In this document: one piece after another, positions 1-13,880 of the stretch
How the letters are laid out: each line of letters starts with the position of its first letter
Numbering within the stretch: the stretch's first letter is position 1
Origin: Camelus dromedarius
Lineage: Eukaryota
DNA length: 64,000 nt
Direction: 5' to 3'
Assembly (NCBI RefSeq): GCF_036321535.1
Contig: NC_087437.1
Location: forward strand, 61,754,001 to 61,818,000
Position numbers and translations under genes: made by a program
The notes under the pieces: generated by a model
The model's database searches: none
What the model was told of the DNA's origin: nothing
What the model saw: the letters and a program-made list of their open reading frames with translations, nothing else

Positions 1-856
1 GGAGGCTTGTGCAGGTTTCCTGGCAGTAGGAGTTGGTGCCTGCCTACTGTTGGGTAAAGCTTGGTCCTGGACCTCTGGTGGGTAGGGCTGTGTCTAGAGA
101 TTTTTGTAGCTCAGGGGGTCTGCTGATGATTGGGGCTGCATTCCCACCCAGTATGTTATTTGCCTGAGGCTTCCCAGCACTTAAGCCTACAGGCTGTTGG
201 GTGGGGCTAGGTCTTGGTGCTAATGACACAAGCAAGGTGTCAGCCTCCAAGAAAGCTCATGTAGATGAACACTCCTGCAGTGTCTGCCACCAGCTTTTAT
301 GTCTCCAGGATGACCCACAGCTGTCCTCTACCTCCCCAGGAGACCTTCAAAATCAGCAGGCAGGTCTGACCCAAGTTCCTATGAAATCACTTGCCTCTGC
401 CCTTGGACCTGGCACATGTGAGATTTTGTGTGCACTTTCCAAGAGAGTGAAGTCTCTGTTTTCCCCTAGTCTAGTGGGGCTCCTGGAGTTAAGCCCTGCT
501 AGCCTTCAAAACCATATGTTCTGGGGTCTCCTCCTCCCAATGCCAGAACCTTGGGTTGGGGAACCTGATGTGGGGCTTAGAATTCTCACTCCTACTAGAG
601 GGCCTCTGCAACTTAATTATTTTTCAGCTTGTGGGTTGCCCACCCCAGAGGTATGGGTCCCAATAATATCACAAGCACACTCCTCATACCATCCTGCTGA
701 GGTTCCCTGTTTATGTTTCCAGTTGACGAAGATCTTTTTTGCTAGGTTCCAGTCTTATTTTTTGTTGATTGTTTAGCAGTCAGTCGTGGTTTTGTTGTAG
801 TCATTATTGGGGGTAAGCTTGTGGTCCTACTGCTCCGCCATCTTGATCAGAAATCC
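1..856 (-). mobile_element. L1/HAL1-like 5'UTR (element continues beyond the window start)
   Basis: Clearly homologous to 22130-22977, which lies upstream of an L1 ORF1. The minus-strand 5' end reads ggatttctgatcaagatggcgg. Confidence 0.85.
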
Positions 857-1045
857 TTGAAAAATAGTAATTTAATAGCAATAGTACTTTAATAGTAATG
901 TAGTATCAAAATATTTTAATTATATGAAAAATTATATTAAATGTATTTTATTATACTTTATTATATCCAGTGTGATAAATAGTTTGCCATTATTTTATTG
1001 TACTTTTGTAGGGTTTATTTATTTATTTATTTTCCTGATTCTTAG

Positions 1046-1153
1046 GATGAAGCACGAAAACATTTTAACTGTCCAATTTTGGAGGGAATGGAACTTGAAA
1101 ACCAAGGTGGTATGGGCACTGAGCTCAACCATTGGGAAAAACGGTTATTAGAG
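1046..1153 (+). CDS. LMLN: LMLN internal coding exon (108 nt, phase 0-0): [36 protein letters not shown]
   Basis: ttag| acceptor and |gttagt donor. Contains the HWEKR motif carrying the distal zinc-ligand His of M8 peptidases. Upstream exons lie outside the window. Confidence 0.96.
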
Positions 1154-2791
1154 GTTAGTTTATTTTAAAATTTTACTCTGCATTTTTTCTTTAATAAAAG
1201 TAATTCTTACTCAAATGTATGATAGGTTATCAAGTGAAAAATTAAAAAGTTCATTTTCCCCTTTAGCTCTCCAGATGCACTTTCCAGATGTAATCACTAT
1301 TTAATTTTTTTAATATCCTTTTGGAAATGTTAGGTAAATAGATAGACAGACTGACAGACACACTAACACATGGTTTTTTTTTTTTAATAGGTTCATACAT
1401 TTATGCAACTTTTTTCACTCATATATCTTAGACGTATTTCCAAGGCAGTTTAGGTGCTTCTGCTGTAATACAATGTATGCTGTCCTAAAAAACCCCTTTT
1501 TTCCAAATCGAACACTAAAGATAACAAGGCTTGTGGAAAACACAAATACCAGATTATTAACAAAGGCACTAAATCATAATAAAAGTAGTAGCTTATTTTT
1601 AAAATATACATGTTTTCAATAAATAAACTCCTAGATTTAGTGTTTCTTTAACAGCAAAAAGCAATGGTAGATAGATAAATCATCAATTATATATAGTTTT
1701 TAGAGCTTAAAGCTTAAAGAATTATAAATCTGAATAATGAGGACAAGAGTAAAATGTACAAAGGTTAGAGAATCATGCAACAAACACTTCTAAGACAGCC
1801 TCTGGCCATGCTGAGTCAATTGGAAGAACACAGTGACTGGGCACAATGCCCAGCACAGCCTTCCTCTGTTGCTGCTTTTGGCTGTCTTAGTGTACGTTGT
1901 ATTTAGCTACTATTACTCCACTGCACAAAACATTAAAATCCAGGGAGAAATCATTATGAACCAACATGACTCCATATTACACTGATGCTATTCCTTTACC
2001 AGTCTCACATGAGCTCATTCACATTACAGAAATATATGCTTCAGTAGAATAGATTGTATACTTGGATCTATTTATTTTTTAACAGCTATGTAGTATTATA
2101 TTATATGAATGTAACATAGTCGCATGTGAATGAATGACTATACTTTAAATTTTTTATTCTAAAAATGTGATGAGCGATTTATTTGTATCTGCAGTGCCTT
2201 ACAGGAGTGGCATTCCAGTGGGTGTTCTTAGGTTCAACTAAACCATCAGTCAAGCTCATAAGACCTAAACAGGTCACACTGAAAATACATTAGAAGGGTA
2301 CAAGAAAGTACAGCATGCCAGCATTGCAGAGTCAGGCATTTCTCTTGTGCTCTACACAGTAGTCTGGGGGCTATCATCTGGGCCTCTCTCCCTCCCCCTC
2401 CAGCTCAAATACCATAAGCACAAGAATAGTCTTAAGTATCAGAGGGGTGTAAGAACCAGCCAGGCTTAGAAGTACTGTGTCCCAAATAAGAACCAACATT
2501 CTTTTTAACAGCTTCATAGACATAACTTCCAGATGCCTGTAAGAGACATACCCATAAGAGTCACTGCAAACAGAGAAGTCCCACACTGTTTGCCAATAGG
2601 TGTTCATGTTCATTTATAGTAATCCCAAGTCCAGAGGCATAGCAGGTGGTCTTCTTGCCTTGCATCCTGTTGCCTGGTAACACAGTTGACATTCCACCTT
2701 TATTAGGTTTCCAAGGGAGCAGAACTAAAAAGTTTGTTTATATAGAAAGAGAAGGGATGAATTCCTGGAAATGGAATTTCTGAGTCAAAGG

Positions 2792-2793
<2 letters not shown>

Positions 2794-2827
<34 letters not shown>
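2794..2827. repeat. (CA)n microsatellite
   Basis: Seen directly. Confidence 0.95.
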
Positions 2828-2829
<2 letters not shown>

Positions 2830-3882
2830 TATACTTGGATCAGAAGTCTGTTTAGATAATTAAATAGTTGCAGTTTATATACATCATGATCCAAGTTAGC
2901 GAAATTATGAAAAGAGTGAAATTAATGCTTGTGCTGACTGTTCTCATCTAGGTGACCACAGAGTAACAGTGATAGAAACTTATGGAAGACATGAACACTT
3001 ATTTCTCACATGGACACTTCAGTTTGTTTTCCTTAAGCAATTTTCCCAAGTAATTCCCTTTAGAAAGCTGTTGATTGACCAGAAATGAAAATTTATTTAC
3101 TTTTCAATAGAAGACTTGAGAGTAGTAATTGTATTAGTTTAATTAAACTACTGCCTTTCTCTGAAATCAACTTTGTGTCCTTGAACTATTTTTTTTTTAA
3201 AGATGATACTTAAGTACCTAAGATGACCATTCAGTGTTCACCATGATGATTAGAAGAATAGCCAGAACTTCCCAAAGATAGAATGTGCTTCTTTAAGAGA
3301 CAGTGAATTCCTTACCATTAGGTGACCTCCTGGTAGGAATTTTACTATATGAATTAAGACATTGGATAAATAGACCTTGATGTTATTTGGGGTGCGTCAT
3401 GTGACTCCTCTGATCCTATGGATTCTGTGATACTTATTTTGCATATTAATATGTATTTCTGTGATCACAAAGTGTAGAGGGTTAGTTACAAAAGCATTTT
3501 CTTTGTAATTAAGTCAAGTATTCTGTTCCCCACTCCAGTATCTGAGCATCTGTCTCAACCACCCACTTTACTTTGCATGGATAGTATAATGTTTTTACAG
3601 TATTTCTATTTCCTTATTTCATCTTCAGTTTCATCATAGAATTCTAAAGCAGGTTATCTGTCATTCCAGGGAAATAGTACACAGTATAAGCATTTGAGGC
3701 AGAAAGTAGATTTTGCTTTAAATTTCAGTCTTGTCATCTTAAAGAAAGCTTATGTATTTCACTATTTTAAGTGAATATTTTGTCAGCTTCTCACACTTGT
3801 AACATTTTAAATATACATCAAAGTAATCATGGAAATTATTGGGAGTCCAATTTTCTAACTAAAATCTGTTGGTGATTTTCAG

Positions 3883-3959
3883 AATGAAGCAATGACTGGT
3901 TCTCACACCCAGAACCGAGTCCTCTCTCGAATCACTCTGGCATTAATGGAGGACACTGG
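3883..3959 (+). CDS. LMLN: LMLN coding exon (77 nt, phase 0-2): [26 protein letters not shown]
   Basis: tttcag| and |gtaaga. Contains the metzincin Met-turn (EAMTG). In frame with the previous exon. Confidence 0.97.
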
Positions 3960-5344
3960 GTAAGACAGCTGTGAGAATTTTATATGAATTGTTCGTTAAA
4001 ATGAAATGAATATTAATAATAATAAGATGGAAATGAATATTAGCTTAAGAAAATACCAGCATTTTACACTGAAGTAAAATAGACCTATTTTTAAAATTTT
4101 GTGTAATTAGCTATCCATTACCTATATCAACTCCATTCATTCATTCATTCAATAAATGTTTGAGGCCCTGAGGTATAGTAATGAATCCCTGACATATAGA
4201 ACAAGATCCCTGGAATTATAGGATTTGTTTTTTTAATAAGTGGAGGCTATGCTAATATGTAGGAAAGACTAATATAAACAGTTTTTGAAATTGTAAATGA
4301 AATTGGTTATGTCTAGATTCCTGGTTTTTAAAGCAGTAGGACTTTCTTGTAAAGCAATAGAATACTGTTTTTAAATAACTCCAGTGGGAATCTTTTTCTG
4401 TGTGGGCTCTAGGTTCTTTTGACAAGACTCGGATTTTGATAGCCTCCTTGCTTTTTGTTATGGCAAAATGTAGCAGGCTGACCTGCACCCACCTTATTCT
4501 AGATGTGGGCACCAGCCAGTCTTCAGGGAGCACTGGAATGCTTCTTTAGATGGAGAATAGCTTTTAGAAACCACAATCTAGGCACTGTGTTTATTGCTAC
4601 TGGGTTGTCACTGCTTCTCGTCGTTTTCAGCAGACCAAGTTGGGAAATTCACATTTTTGAAAAGAAAAAAAAAAGTGTTGGATTCTTTTTAGTGCCATTA
4701 TAATGCTTTTCTATTTATCCCTGAACAGGCAATGGCCAACAAACGTGGTCCTGCTGCTCTATTTAACAACCTATTTATATAGCCCTTCTGTAAACAATGC
4801 TAGTTTAAGATACCAGTAAGATATAAAAGTGTTGTGGAGTGTGTGAGTCATTAGTGAAATCATGGCACTCGTGACTTTTATAGCATATTTTTCCTTTTTC
4901 TGAGGCAACAGAAAAATGAGCCAGATGTTTCTAAATATCTGGCAATATCTGTAAATTGTAGACATGGAAATTAATTTTCATAAATCCATAAGACTTCAGT
5001 GTAGATTAGCTGAGTTGCTTTTCCCGGTAAAAGACATTATCATATTTCTATCCAGAACCCTGGGAATCATCCTTCACACCTCCCTCTCCCCACCTCTCAC
5101 ATCCAGTCAATCATAAAACTTGCTTGATTTTTAGCTTTTCAGTATCCCAGGAGTCTGTGTACTTTTTGGGTCACATTTATCAAAACCACTGTTATCTTTT
5201 GCTTGGATTACTATAGTAGCCATTTTTAAATGTCTCCCTGTATCTTGAGTAGTCCTTTCTACTGCCCAAAGACCTTCACATATTCTGTACAAATGTCTTT
5301 TAGAAGTTTTTTAGGTATGGTGTCTCACACAGTAAGAAATACAT

Positions 5345-6110
5345 CATGACCAAAGTACAAACATATGTATATAATGGTTAAGAGTGAAGTTGTTGATGAC
5401 AGTGCCAAAACCATTCAATGAGGAGAGAATAGTTTTTTCAACAAATGGTACTTGGACAACTGGATATCCATATGCAAAAGAATGAACTCCAACCACACAT
5501 GATATACGAAAATTAACTCGATAGTTCAAAGACCTAGATATAAAACTAAGACTGTAAAACTCTTAGAAGGAAACGCTGGTGTAAATCTTCATGATATTGG
5601 ACTAGGCAATGATTTCTTAGATATGATACCAAAAACAACCAAAGAAAAAGATAAATTGGACTTCATGAAAATCAAAAACTTGTGCTTCAAAGGATACTAT
5701 CAAGAAAGTGAAAAGAACTCACAAAATGGGGGGAAATATTTGCAAATCACCTGTCTGATATGGGTATTAGTACCCTGAATATATAAAAAACTCTTACAGC
5801 TCAAAATAAAAAGACAACCCAGTTTTAAAATGGGTGAAGGATTTGAATAGGTATTTCTCCAAAGGTGTATAAATGATTAATAAGCACATGAGATGATTCT
5901 CAGGATCATTAGGGAAATACAAATAAAAACTACAGTGCCACTTCACACCGACTAGGATGGCTATAATCAGGAAGACTGTAGCAAATATTGATGAGGATGT
6001 AGGAAAATTGTAACCCTCATACGCTGCTGGTGGGAATGTAAAATGATACAGCCACTTTGTAAAATATTTTGGCAGTAATTTACAAAGCCAGACGTACTCA
6101 TACCACAACA
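5345..6110 (+). mobile_element. Old L1 ORF2 3' fragment
   Basis: Diverged L1 ORF2 motifs (ttttcaacaaatggtacttggacaactggatatcc; gctggtgggaatgtaaaatg). Confidence 0.85.
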
Positions 6111-7541
6111 ACCAGCAATTATGTTTAGTAAAATAGGGATAAAAAATGGTATCTACCTCGTAGAGTTTTATGAGCTTGAATAAGTTAACATATGTAAAGC
6201 CCTAAAAAAAAAAAAGTAAAGCCCTTAGTACCGAACTTGGCACATTATAAGGACCAATTAAGTATTAGCTATTATATATATAACTAAATCATTCAGAGGT
6301 TCATGAAATAATATTTACCCTTACTACCTACAGTGCAGTCCTCTTTTTCTATTGATTTTTTATTTTTAAAAAATCTTCTATTATGCAATTTTTTATAGCT
6401 ATATTCTATTGATTTTAAAAGAGAGAGTGAAAGAAACATTGATTAAGATCCACTAAATTGATTTCACAGCTCCCTAAATGCCACCAAGAAATCTTGTTTC
6501 TAATTGTTCCCTCAGCTAACTTGTGCTTATCCTTCTGGGTTTAGCTTTAAGTCGCTTCCTCAGAAAAACCTTTTCTAATTCCCCAGATTAGCTTAGGTTT
6601 CCCTATTAATGTGCTCCTATTAGCACCTTATACTTAGCCTGTGTCATACTCATCACACTTGGAATTTTCTTTTTTGTATTTGCCTTCCCCACTAGGTTAT
6701 AATGTTTGTGAGGGCAGGAACTGTTTCTCCACTGTGTAGCCTTAGCATTTAACACGGTGCCTAGCACACAGGAAGTGCTTAATAACTGTTGACTAATAGT
6801 ACAGGAAGAACTGCAAAGAAAAGATATCAAGAAGGTTTCAAGAAATGTAGCTGGAGTGCCCAGCTGGTGATTGAGTGACGTGGTGCTGATACTTTGCATC
6901 CATGAACCTGTGCTAGATATGGTCATTCCCAAGGGAATCTAATTACTTTATATTTTATTCACTGGGAGAAGGACTTCCTAACCTAGGCACTGCTAAAATA
7001 ACCACTAGTGTGCAAGACTGGGGGCACCTGTTACTATCCAGACACCTTGACCTGCTGTGATACCAAGTTAGCTGGTCAGCGGGACTCACTTGGTAGCTGT
7101 AGAAGTTGCAGGCATTTTGGTGTTGGAGTGCCGGGCTTCATTTCTTCAGGTTCTGTCTGAGTGAGACAGTTCTGTTCTTTGGAAGGGGAGAAGGTTTGAA
7201 AGATGCTATGTCATGTATTTCTGCTGTCTCAGATTTTGTGGGAAGTGCTGGAGTGGAGAGGATGATTCTTATCATTCCCCCAGCCTTTGAGCCTGTGTTT
7301 TTATTAACTATTTTGGTAATGCTGAGGGGACAAGATATAATACAAACATGACAGAAACTATTTTGTGTAACTTTATAACTTCTGTAAACTAATCTTGTCA
7401 TTAAGAATAAAGAAGCAAAACTAATAAAAGTAGCTTCATTGCCTTTGATTAATTTTGTCAGGGAAGTAAATCAATGTGTTTTTGTTTTTCTGAAATTGAA
7501 ACATTTGCAATGTGTTGGAAATAGTATTCATTTATCTTATT

Positions 7542-7665
7542 TTTTTTAACATTTTTTATTGATTTATAATCATTTTACAATGTTGTGTCAAATTCCAGTG
7601 TTCAGCACAATTTTTCAGTTATTCATGGACATATACACACTCATTGTCACATTTTTTTCTCTGTG
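7542..7665 (-). mobile_element. Short young L1 3'-end insertion with 14-bp TSD
   Basis: Poly-T head. TSD tcatttatcttatt at 7528-7541 and 7666-7679. Confidence 0.85.
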
Positions 7666-8212
7666 TCATTTATCTTATTATAATGGTGTAGTATTTAGTC
7701 ACAAACAGGGCCCATACTGATAGAATATTATAAATTCAAGACCAGGGAAGCAAGAAACTAGGGCCAACTGGACCAGATTAGGTAGAGGCCGGCCAACTAG
7801 TAATTCCACTTTCCTTCCTCAACTTGCTCCCTTCTCTTTTTCTCTCATTCTTTCTGTTTCTTTGCCTTTTATTCCCCTTGTCTCACACGTTAACTACTTT
7901 CTACTCTATGACTTCTGTCATTTTTGAAAATTATAATGAAACATGGTTTGATTTTGATTTTTTCAAATATGAAGATACTCTTAAATACTCACATTTCCTT
8001 CAAGACTAAAGTTTCCCGGGCCCTGCTACAGTGATCTGTACAGCAATCCTGTGCAGCAAGAGCTTTGTTCATAAATGCTCATCTGTGGTGATGGTCACCA
8101 AAGTCCTTTTTGAGGTCCTAGTTTGCTCATTGTTAAGATTTGTCATTGGTATACTAGAGTCGCTTTTTAAATGACAGTAATATAAAGTGCTTTGTTTGAA
8201 TTTTTTCCACAG

Positions 8213-8323
8213 CTGGTATAAAGCTAATTACAGCATGGCTGAGAAATTAGACTGGGGCCGAGGAATGGGTTGTGATTTTGTTGAGAAGAGCTGTAAATTC
8301 TGGATTGATCAGCAGAGACAAAA
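8213..8323 (+). CDS. LMLN: LMLN coding exon (111 nt, phase 2-2): [37 protein letters not shown]
   Basis: ttccacag| and |gtaagg. Has the leishmanolysin-type WY..NYS.AE.L.WG.G.GC.F motif. Symmetric exon. Confidence 0.96.
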
Positions 8324-8694
8324 GTAAGGATGCATTTCTTCACAATGTCTTTGATAACAGTTTATTTCCGATGTTGTTCTTTATCTAGAGCCTAAAATGT
8401 CCTATTTTCAAAATGTGGTCCAAACAGTTCAATTTCAAAATGTATAGAAAACAATCTTTGTCATAATATCATAAGTAGCCACAGTATTGTTTTAAAGAGT
8501 ATACCAAAAGAATCCACATTGTGACAGCCAGAACCATAAAACTTTTCTGGTTAGCTTATTATTCATAAATAAATTTACTGCAAATTTGTTTCATACTCTT
8601 CATTTTCATTCTTACTTGTTTTCTTCAGAGAATGTACTCATAAACATAGATGCAACTGTTGATTCAGTATCAAAAACATAAAACTACTTTTGAA

Positions 8695-9933
8695 TACTGG
8701 TTCTCTAATCTGAATGCATATCATAATTACCTAGCAAGCTTTTTAAAAAATATAGTCTCCAATTTGGGGGGATACACACATGTTTATATATTTATAAACG
8801 TATATATTTTAAAACTTTTTAAGGTGATTGTAGATTCACATACAGTTGTGAGAAAATAAAAATACAGAGATCCCATATACACTTGTATCCAGTGTCCTTG
8901 ATTGGTAACGTCTTGCAAAACTGTAGTACAATATCACAACCAGGATATTGACATTGATACAGCCAGATACAGAACATTTGGATTCCCAGTGGGATCCCTC
9001 CTGTTGCCCTTTTGTAGCCATACCTGCTTCCCTCCCACCCTATCCCTCCTTAACCCCTGGAAACCACTTATCTGTTCTCCATTTTGTAATTTTTTCATTT
9101 CAGAAATATTATATAAATATCTCATACTGTATAAAGCCTTTTGGGATTGGTTTTTACCACTAAGCATAATTTTCTGAGAATTCATCCAGTTTGTTGTATT
9201 TATCAATAGTTTGCCCATTTTTATGGCTAAACAGTATTCCATGATATGGATGCACCACACTTTGTTTTATCATTGACACGTTGAGGGACATCTGAGTTGT
9301 TTCTCATTTGGGGCTGTTATGAATAAAACTGCTATAAACATTTGTGTACAGGTTTTTGTGTGAACATAAATCTTCATTTTTCCAGAGTAAGTGCCCAGGA
9401 GGGCAATCAATGTGTCATGTGGTAGTTACAAGTTTAGTTTTGTAAGAAACTGCCAAACTCTTTTTCAGAATGGTTATGCCATTTTATATTCCAACCAGCA
9501 ATGTATGATTAATAATTTCTCCACATCCTCACCAGCATTTGGTATTGTCACTGTTTTTTACTTTAGCTGTTCTGAAAGGTAGTAGTGATACCTCATTGTG
9601 GTTTTAATTTGCATTTCCCTAATGGCTAATGATGTTAAATATCTTTTTATGTACTTCCTTGCTATCTGCATATCCTCTTTGGTGAGATGTCTCTTCATGT
9701 CATATGCCAGTACGGCTTTTAATCCTCTTAATAGGGTTTCTGTGGAGCAGAAATTTTTACTTTTGATTAAGTCCAAATTATCAGTTTGTCCTTTTGTGAG
9801 TCATACCAATGCCTGGTTCCGACCTTCAGACATTCTGATTCATTTGGTGTGGGGAACAAGGTGGGCATGGAGATTTAAAAAATCTCTCTAGATGATTCTA
9901 ATGTGTAGCACAATTTAAGAACAACTACACTAG
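8695..9933. mobile_element. MER5-like hAT element split by a minus-strand L1 3' fragment (about 8790-9802)
   Basis: MER5-like halves at about 8695-8757 and 9803-9933 flank antisense L1 3'UTR/ORF2 sequence. Confidence 0.7.
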
Positions 9934-10867
9934 ATCAGGTTGTAGTACTTGAGTTAACTAGTTGTCCCCAAAGTAGCTGCAGGCTGCTTCCTGCCACTGC
10001 ATATGAGCTGCTTTTCTTGTAGCAGGCTTATAACTCAGACGTCAGACTTCTTAGTAGAAACTATGAGTGATTCAAACTGCTCTGAGACCTTACCCAGGTG
10101 AGAGAAGAAACAAATAACATCTTCTTTAACACAGGAAGTACCTGTGATTTAATGGGCAAGCACTGGACTTGGAGAGAAGTTTTTAAAGTTCCAGCTCTGC
10201 CCCTCATGAGCTGTATGACCCTGGGCAAGCTGCTTGTCTCAGACTTCTTACCTACCAGTAAAATGAAGATACTAGTTCTACTTTGGAGGCTTCCTTTTAG
10301 GAATGATAATACTGTTTGGGAGTTCTGTTAATCATTAAATACCAGATAAATGAAATGATTCAACATCACATTATCCCCAGACATAGGTCTGTAATCTGAC
10401 TACATCACAATCACTTGGGGGAAACCTTTCAAAAACATAATATAAAAATTAAATGTAAGTCCCACTTTCACTTCTTGGAAGGTGTAGATGTACTTTTTCC
10501 TGTTCCTCCTTCTAAGTACAACTAAGAAGTCTAGGCATTATCAATAAACATAAGAAGGCTCTGAAAGGTAGAGGAGAAGGCAGACTGGTTAGGGACCTTG
10601 GAACTCCATTTTACTGGCAAAAGTGAAGGAGGAGATGAATAGGATTTTATTTAATGACAGTGAAATATTATAATACATCTAGCATTAATCTCTGACACCT
10701 ACATTAAGCATTTCCTTTACCCTTTGAAAAATAAGTTTTTAACCTGGTTTAGCAATTGGTTTTAAGGTATTAAAACATTGAAATTGTAATGGAAAAGACA
10801 AACCGTAGAATAGACTTGTAATAACTTCTTTAGAGTTTGGTACCCTGTTGTATATCTTTGTCTGCAG

Positions 10868-11000
10868 GAGGCAGATGCTGAGTCCTTACTGTGACACGCT
10901 CAGAAGTAATCCATTGCAGTTAACTTGCAGACAGGACCAGAGAGCAGTTGCAGTGTGTAATTTGCAGAAGTTTCCGAAACCTTTACCTCAAGAATATCAG
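10868..11000 (+). CDS. LMLN: LMLN coding exon (133 nt, phase 2-0): [44 protein letters not shown]
   Basis: tctgcag| and |gtaaca. Lies within ORF 10848..11063 and keeps the frame. Confidence 0.97.
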
Positions 11001-11646
11001 GTAACACTTGTTTGGGGCACAATTTCAGGAATCGGCTTTTTAAGAAAAAGTCTCCATTTTTAATTAGAAGAGTGAATTCTCATAAGTTTTTCAATTTATA
11101 AGGCCTCATTTGTTTTCTATAAGTTAGAAAAAATGAAGAATTTCTCCATTTCTTTATAACCAATATGTTAATTGATAGCAATTTATTAGTATCTAGCAAT
11201 GCCTATGGTAATGGTAAGAGACATTTAGAATATTTATTTTGATCTATTTTCTAACTGTTTGTATTTTCTTTTTAATTGTTTCCAAAGTCTTTGTCTTTAA
11301 TTTACATAGAAAACAAGGTTCTTTAAAGAAAGTAACTAAAATACTCTAATCCAATTAATTAGAAGGCTTGGAAGTTCTAGTTTAGAAAAAATTATCCTAA
11401 AAGGTGAAGGAAATGGTCCCACATGTTCAGTCTGAATCTCTGAGTTGACCTCAAAGTTTTTGTTGATGTGGCTATCACTAAAAAACCCTGAGCTCTGCCT
11501 GCCATTGACAAAGGACCTATTAGTCAAAAATGGTATCACAGAAGCAAATTTAAAGTGATTGTTAAAAATGAAAATGAATGTATGTATGTATATGCATGAT
11601 TGGGATATTGTGCTGTACACCAGAGAAAGACACATTGTAATTGTAC

Positions 11647-11845
11647 AAGAAAGGAAGGAAGGAAGGAAGGAAGGAAGGGAAGGAAGGAAGGAAAAAGAAA
11701 ATAAAAGAGAAAAGAGAAAGAAAAGAGAAAAGAAAAAAGAAAAGAAAGGAAGAAAGAAAAGAGAAAGGAAGGAAGGAAGAAAAAGAAAGAAAGAAAGGAA
11801 AGAAAGAAAGGAAAGGAAGAAAAGAAAAAAGAAAAGAAAAGAAAG
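11647..11845. repeat. About 200-bp pure-purine (GGAA/GAAA)n tract
   Basis: Almost exclusively A/G on the + strand. Confidence 0.95.
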
Positions 11846-12415
11846 TGATTGTTGCTTAATTTTGAGCTTCCTACATACGTTTATGACCCAACTGAGTGCT
11901 TCAGACACTATAAGATAGCAAACATGTTTCTAGGCTTAGTAATATAATTCAGTGAGTTGGTATAAAATGTGAAATCTTTACAATTTATCTGGTACCTGTT
12001 CCTTTGGTATTCAAAGTATTATATATATATGATGTCACTCATTTGCTTGCAGTTCAAGTTTGTCAAAACATGTAAGTTGTCTCCCAAAAACACTTGAAGT
12101 ACGTTATATTTAAAATATCTTAATTGTATGCATTAGTTTTGTGTTTTGTCAACTCTTAAAACTCTTCCTATCCATTCTTTTAAAACGTTACTCTAATTAA
12201 AAACGTAGACTAATTTACTCAACTTTGCTTATCTCTAAAACTACAACAGCCTTGAAATACCCCTCAGGTAGTATATTGCATTGTACTACGAATGAAGAAA
12301 AATGGATTAATATCTTCTCTGTGCTGTACAGCATTAGAGACGGTTGCTATAAATTGTCTGTGGACTTTATTTTGTTTCTTATACTCCTGTCTTCCTAAAA
12401 TTTTTTTCTTTGTAG

Positions 12416-12575
12416 TACTTTGATGAACTCAGTGGAGTACCTGCAGAAGATTTGCCTTATTATGGTGGTTCAGTAGAAATTGCTGACTACTGCCCTTTCA
12501 GTCAGGAATTCAGTTGGCATTTAAGTGGTGAATATCAGCGCAGCTCTGATTGTAGAATATTGGAAAATCAACCAG
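12416..12575 (+). CDS. LMLN: LMLN coding exon (160 nt, phase 0-1): [53 protein letters not shown]
   Basis: tttgtag| and |gttagt. GG....ADYCPF motif typical of the leishmanolysin family. Confidence 0.97.
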
Positions 12576-12639
12576 GTTAGTAGTTTAGTGAAATTAAGTG
12601 ATACATACATATATATACATATGAAAAGTGTGTGTCTGC

Positions 12640-12830
12640 AGTATAAAATAGTGGTTAAGGGCACAGACCCTGGAGCCAGATAGTTTGAGTTTGTGTTGTG
12701 GTTCCACTGTTGTTCACCTGTTCGAAGTAACTTCTCTCTGCCTCAGTTTTCTCCTCTGTACAAAGGGGATAATACCTATCTTATAGATTTGTTGTGAGAA
12801 TTAAATGAGTTAGTAAAGTAAGTGCTTAGA
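12640..12830 (+). mobile_element. MIR SINE
   Basis: Core-like motif tctctgcctcagttttctcctctgtacaaaggggataat...gtgagaattaaatgag. Confidence 0.75.
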
Positions 12831-13664
12831 ATTATGACACAAAGGATTGCTAGCTGTTAGATACACTTGCACGTGTGTGTACACACACTACCATTTAGTA
12901 ATACCTTACATCTGCATGACACTTTTCATTTACAAAGCACTTTCATTTTTATTATTCATTTCTTCTCAAAACCTGATGAGAGAAGGTATTATTGAATTTC
13001 AAGGATAAGGGGAGAGATACTAAGTAATATAGTTCATTGGTGTCAGTGCAGGATCCTCCAGTGCAGAGCTCTTTTTATTAAATTGTATTAGGTATCCTAT
13101 TTTTCCCTCTCCTAAGGAGTGTGCATTTTTTGTACTTTAGAAGTAACATGTCATTCTTCAGATATCAGAATACTATTCTCCCATGGCTAGTAAGATGTAT
13201 TGCCATATTATTTATTCCCTTTTATATACATAAGTGAACAAGTCATCAAAGGAATAAACAGTATGGCAATTGAATATTCAGCAATAATAACTATAGCTCA
13301 TACTATCTTTGTAAACAAAATCTTCTCATGTCTGATTTGTTAATGAAGAACAATTAGTAGTTTTTCTCTCTGTGGTCATCAAAATTTTCAACCTGATTCT
13401 TTTTCTTCCCCCCTTTTGCCATACTTTATTATAGACTAAGTCATTTACAATTTAAATTTCCATATTTTTTTCCCTTTTATCCTTAAACCTAGCAGATTTA
13501 ACTGGATTTGTACAGTCATTTTTATTCATCACTTATCTAGTTAATAAATGTCTAAAGACTTATGATGTAACTACTCAGAAGTTCCATGTTAAAGCAAAAA
13601 AAAAAATGCACATATCTATCAGTTATGGGTTTGCATAAGATATAGTATCACATTTTATTATTTT

Positions 13665-13880
13665 AGAGCTGGAGTTGGCAAATGTTTTTTATAAAAATCA
13701 AGATAGTGAATATTTTAGGCTTTGTGGGTCATACAGTGTCTGTTGCAACTTCTCAGCTCTGCTGTTATAGTGTGAAAACAATTATAGATAATATGTAAAT
13801 AAGTTAGTATGACTTATCTTCCAGTAAAACTTTATCTATAAAAACAGATAGCTCTCAGGATTTGACCTGAGGGTTGGCCT
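13665..13880. mobile_element. MER58-like DNA transposon
   Basis: gttggcaaat...tagtgaatattttaggctttgtgggtcatacagtgtctgttgcaact pattern. Confidence 0.7.

Noticed and set aside
201..776. 191-aa ORF at the window start
   Set aside because: It is an antisense reading of an L1-type 5'UTR, and the homologous copy at 22.1-23.0 kb does not keep the frame.
11336..11918. Long F/L/S-rich and K/R/E-rich ORFs
   Set aside because: They are translations of the GGAA/GAAA tract, not genes.
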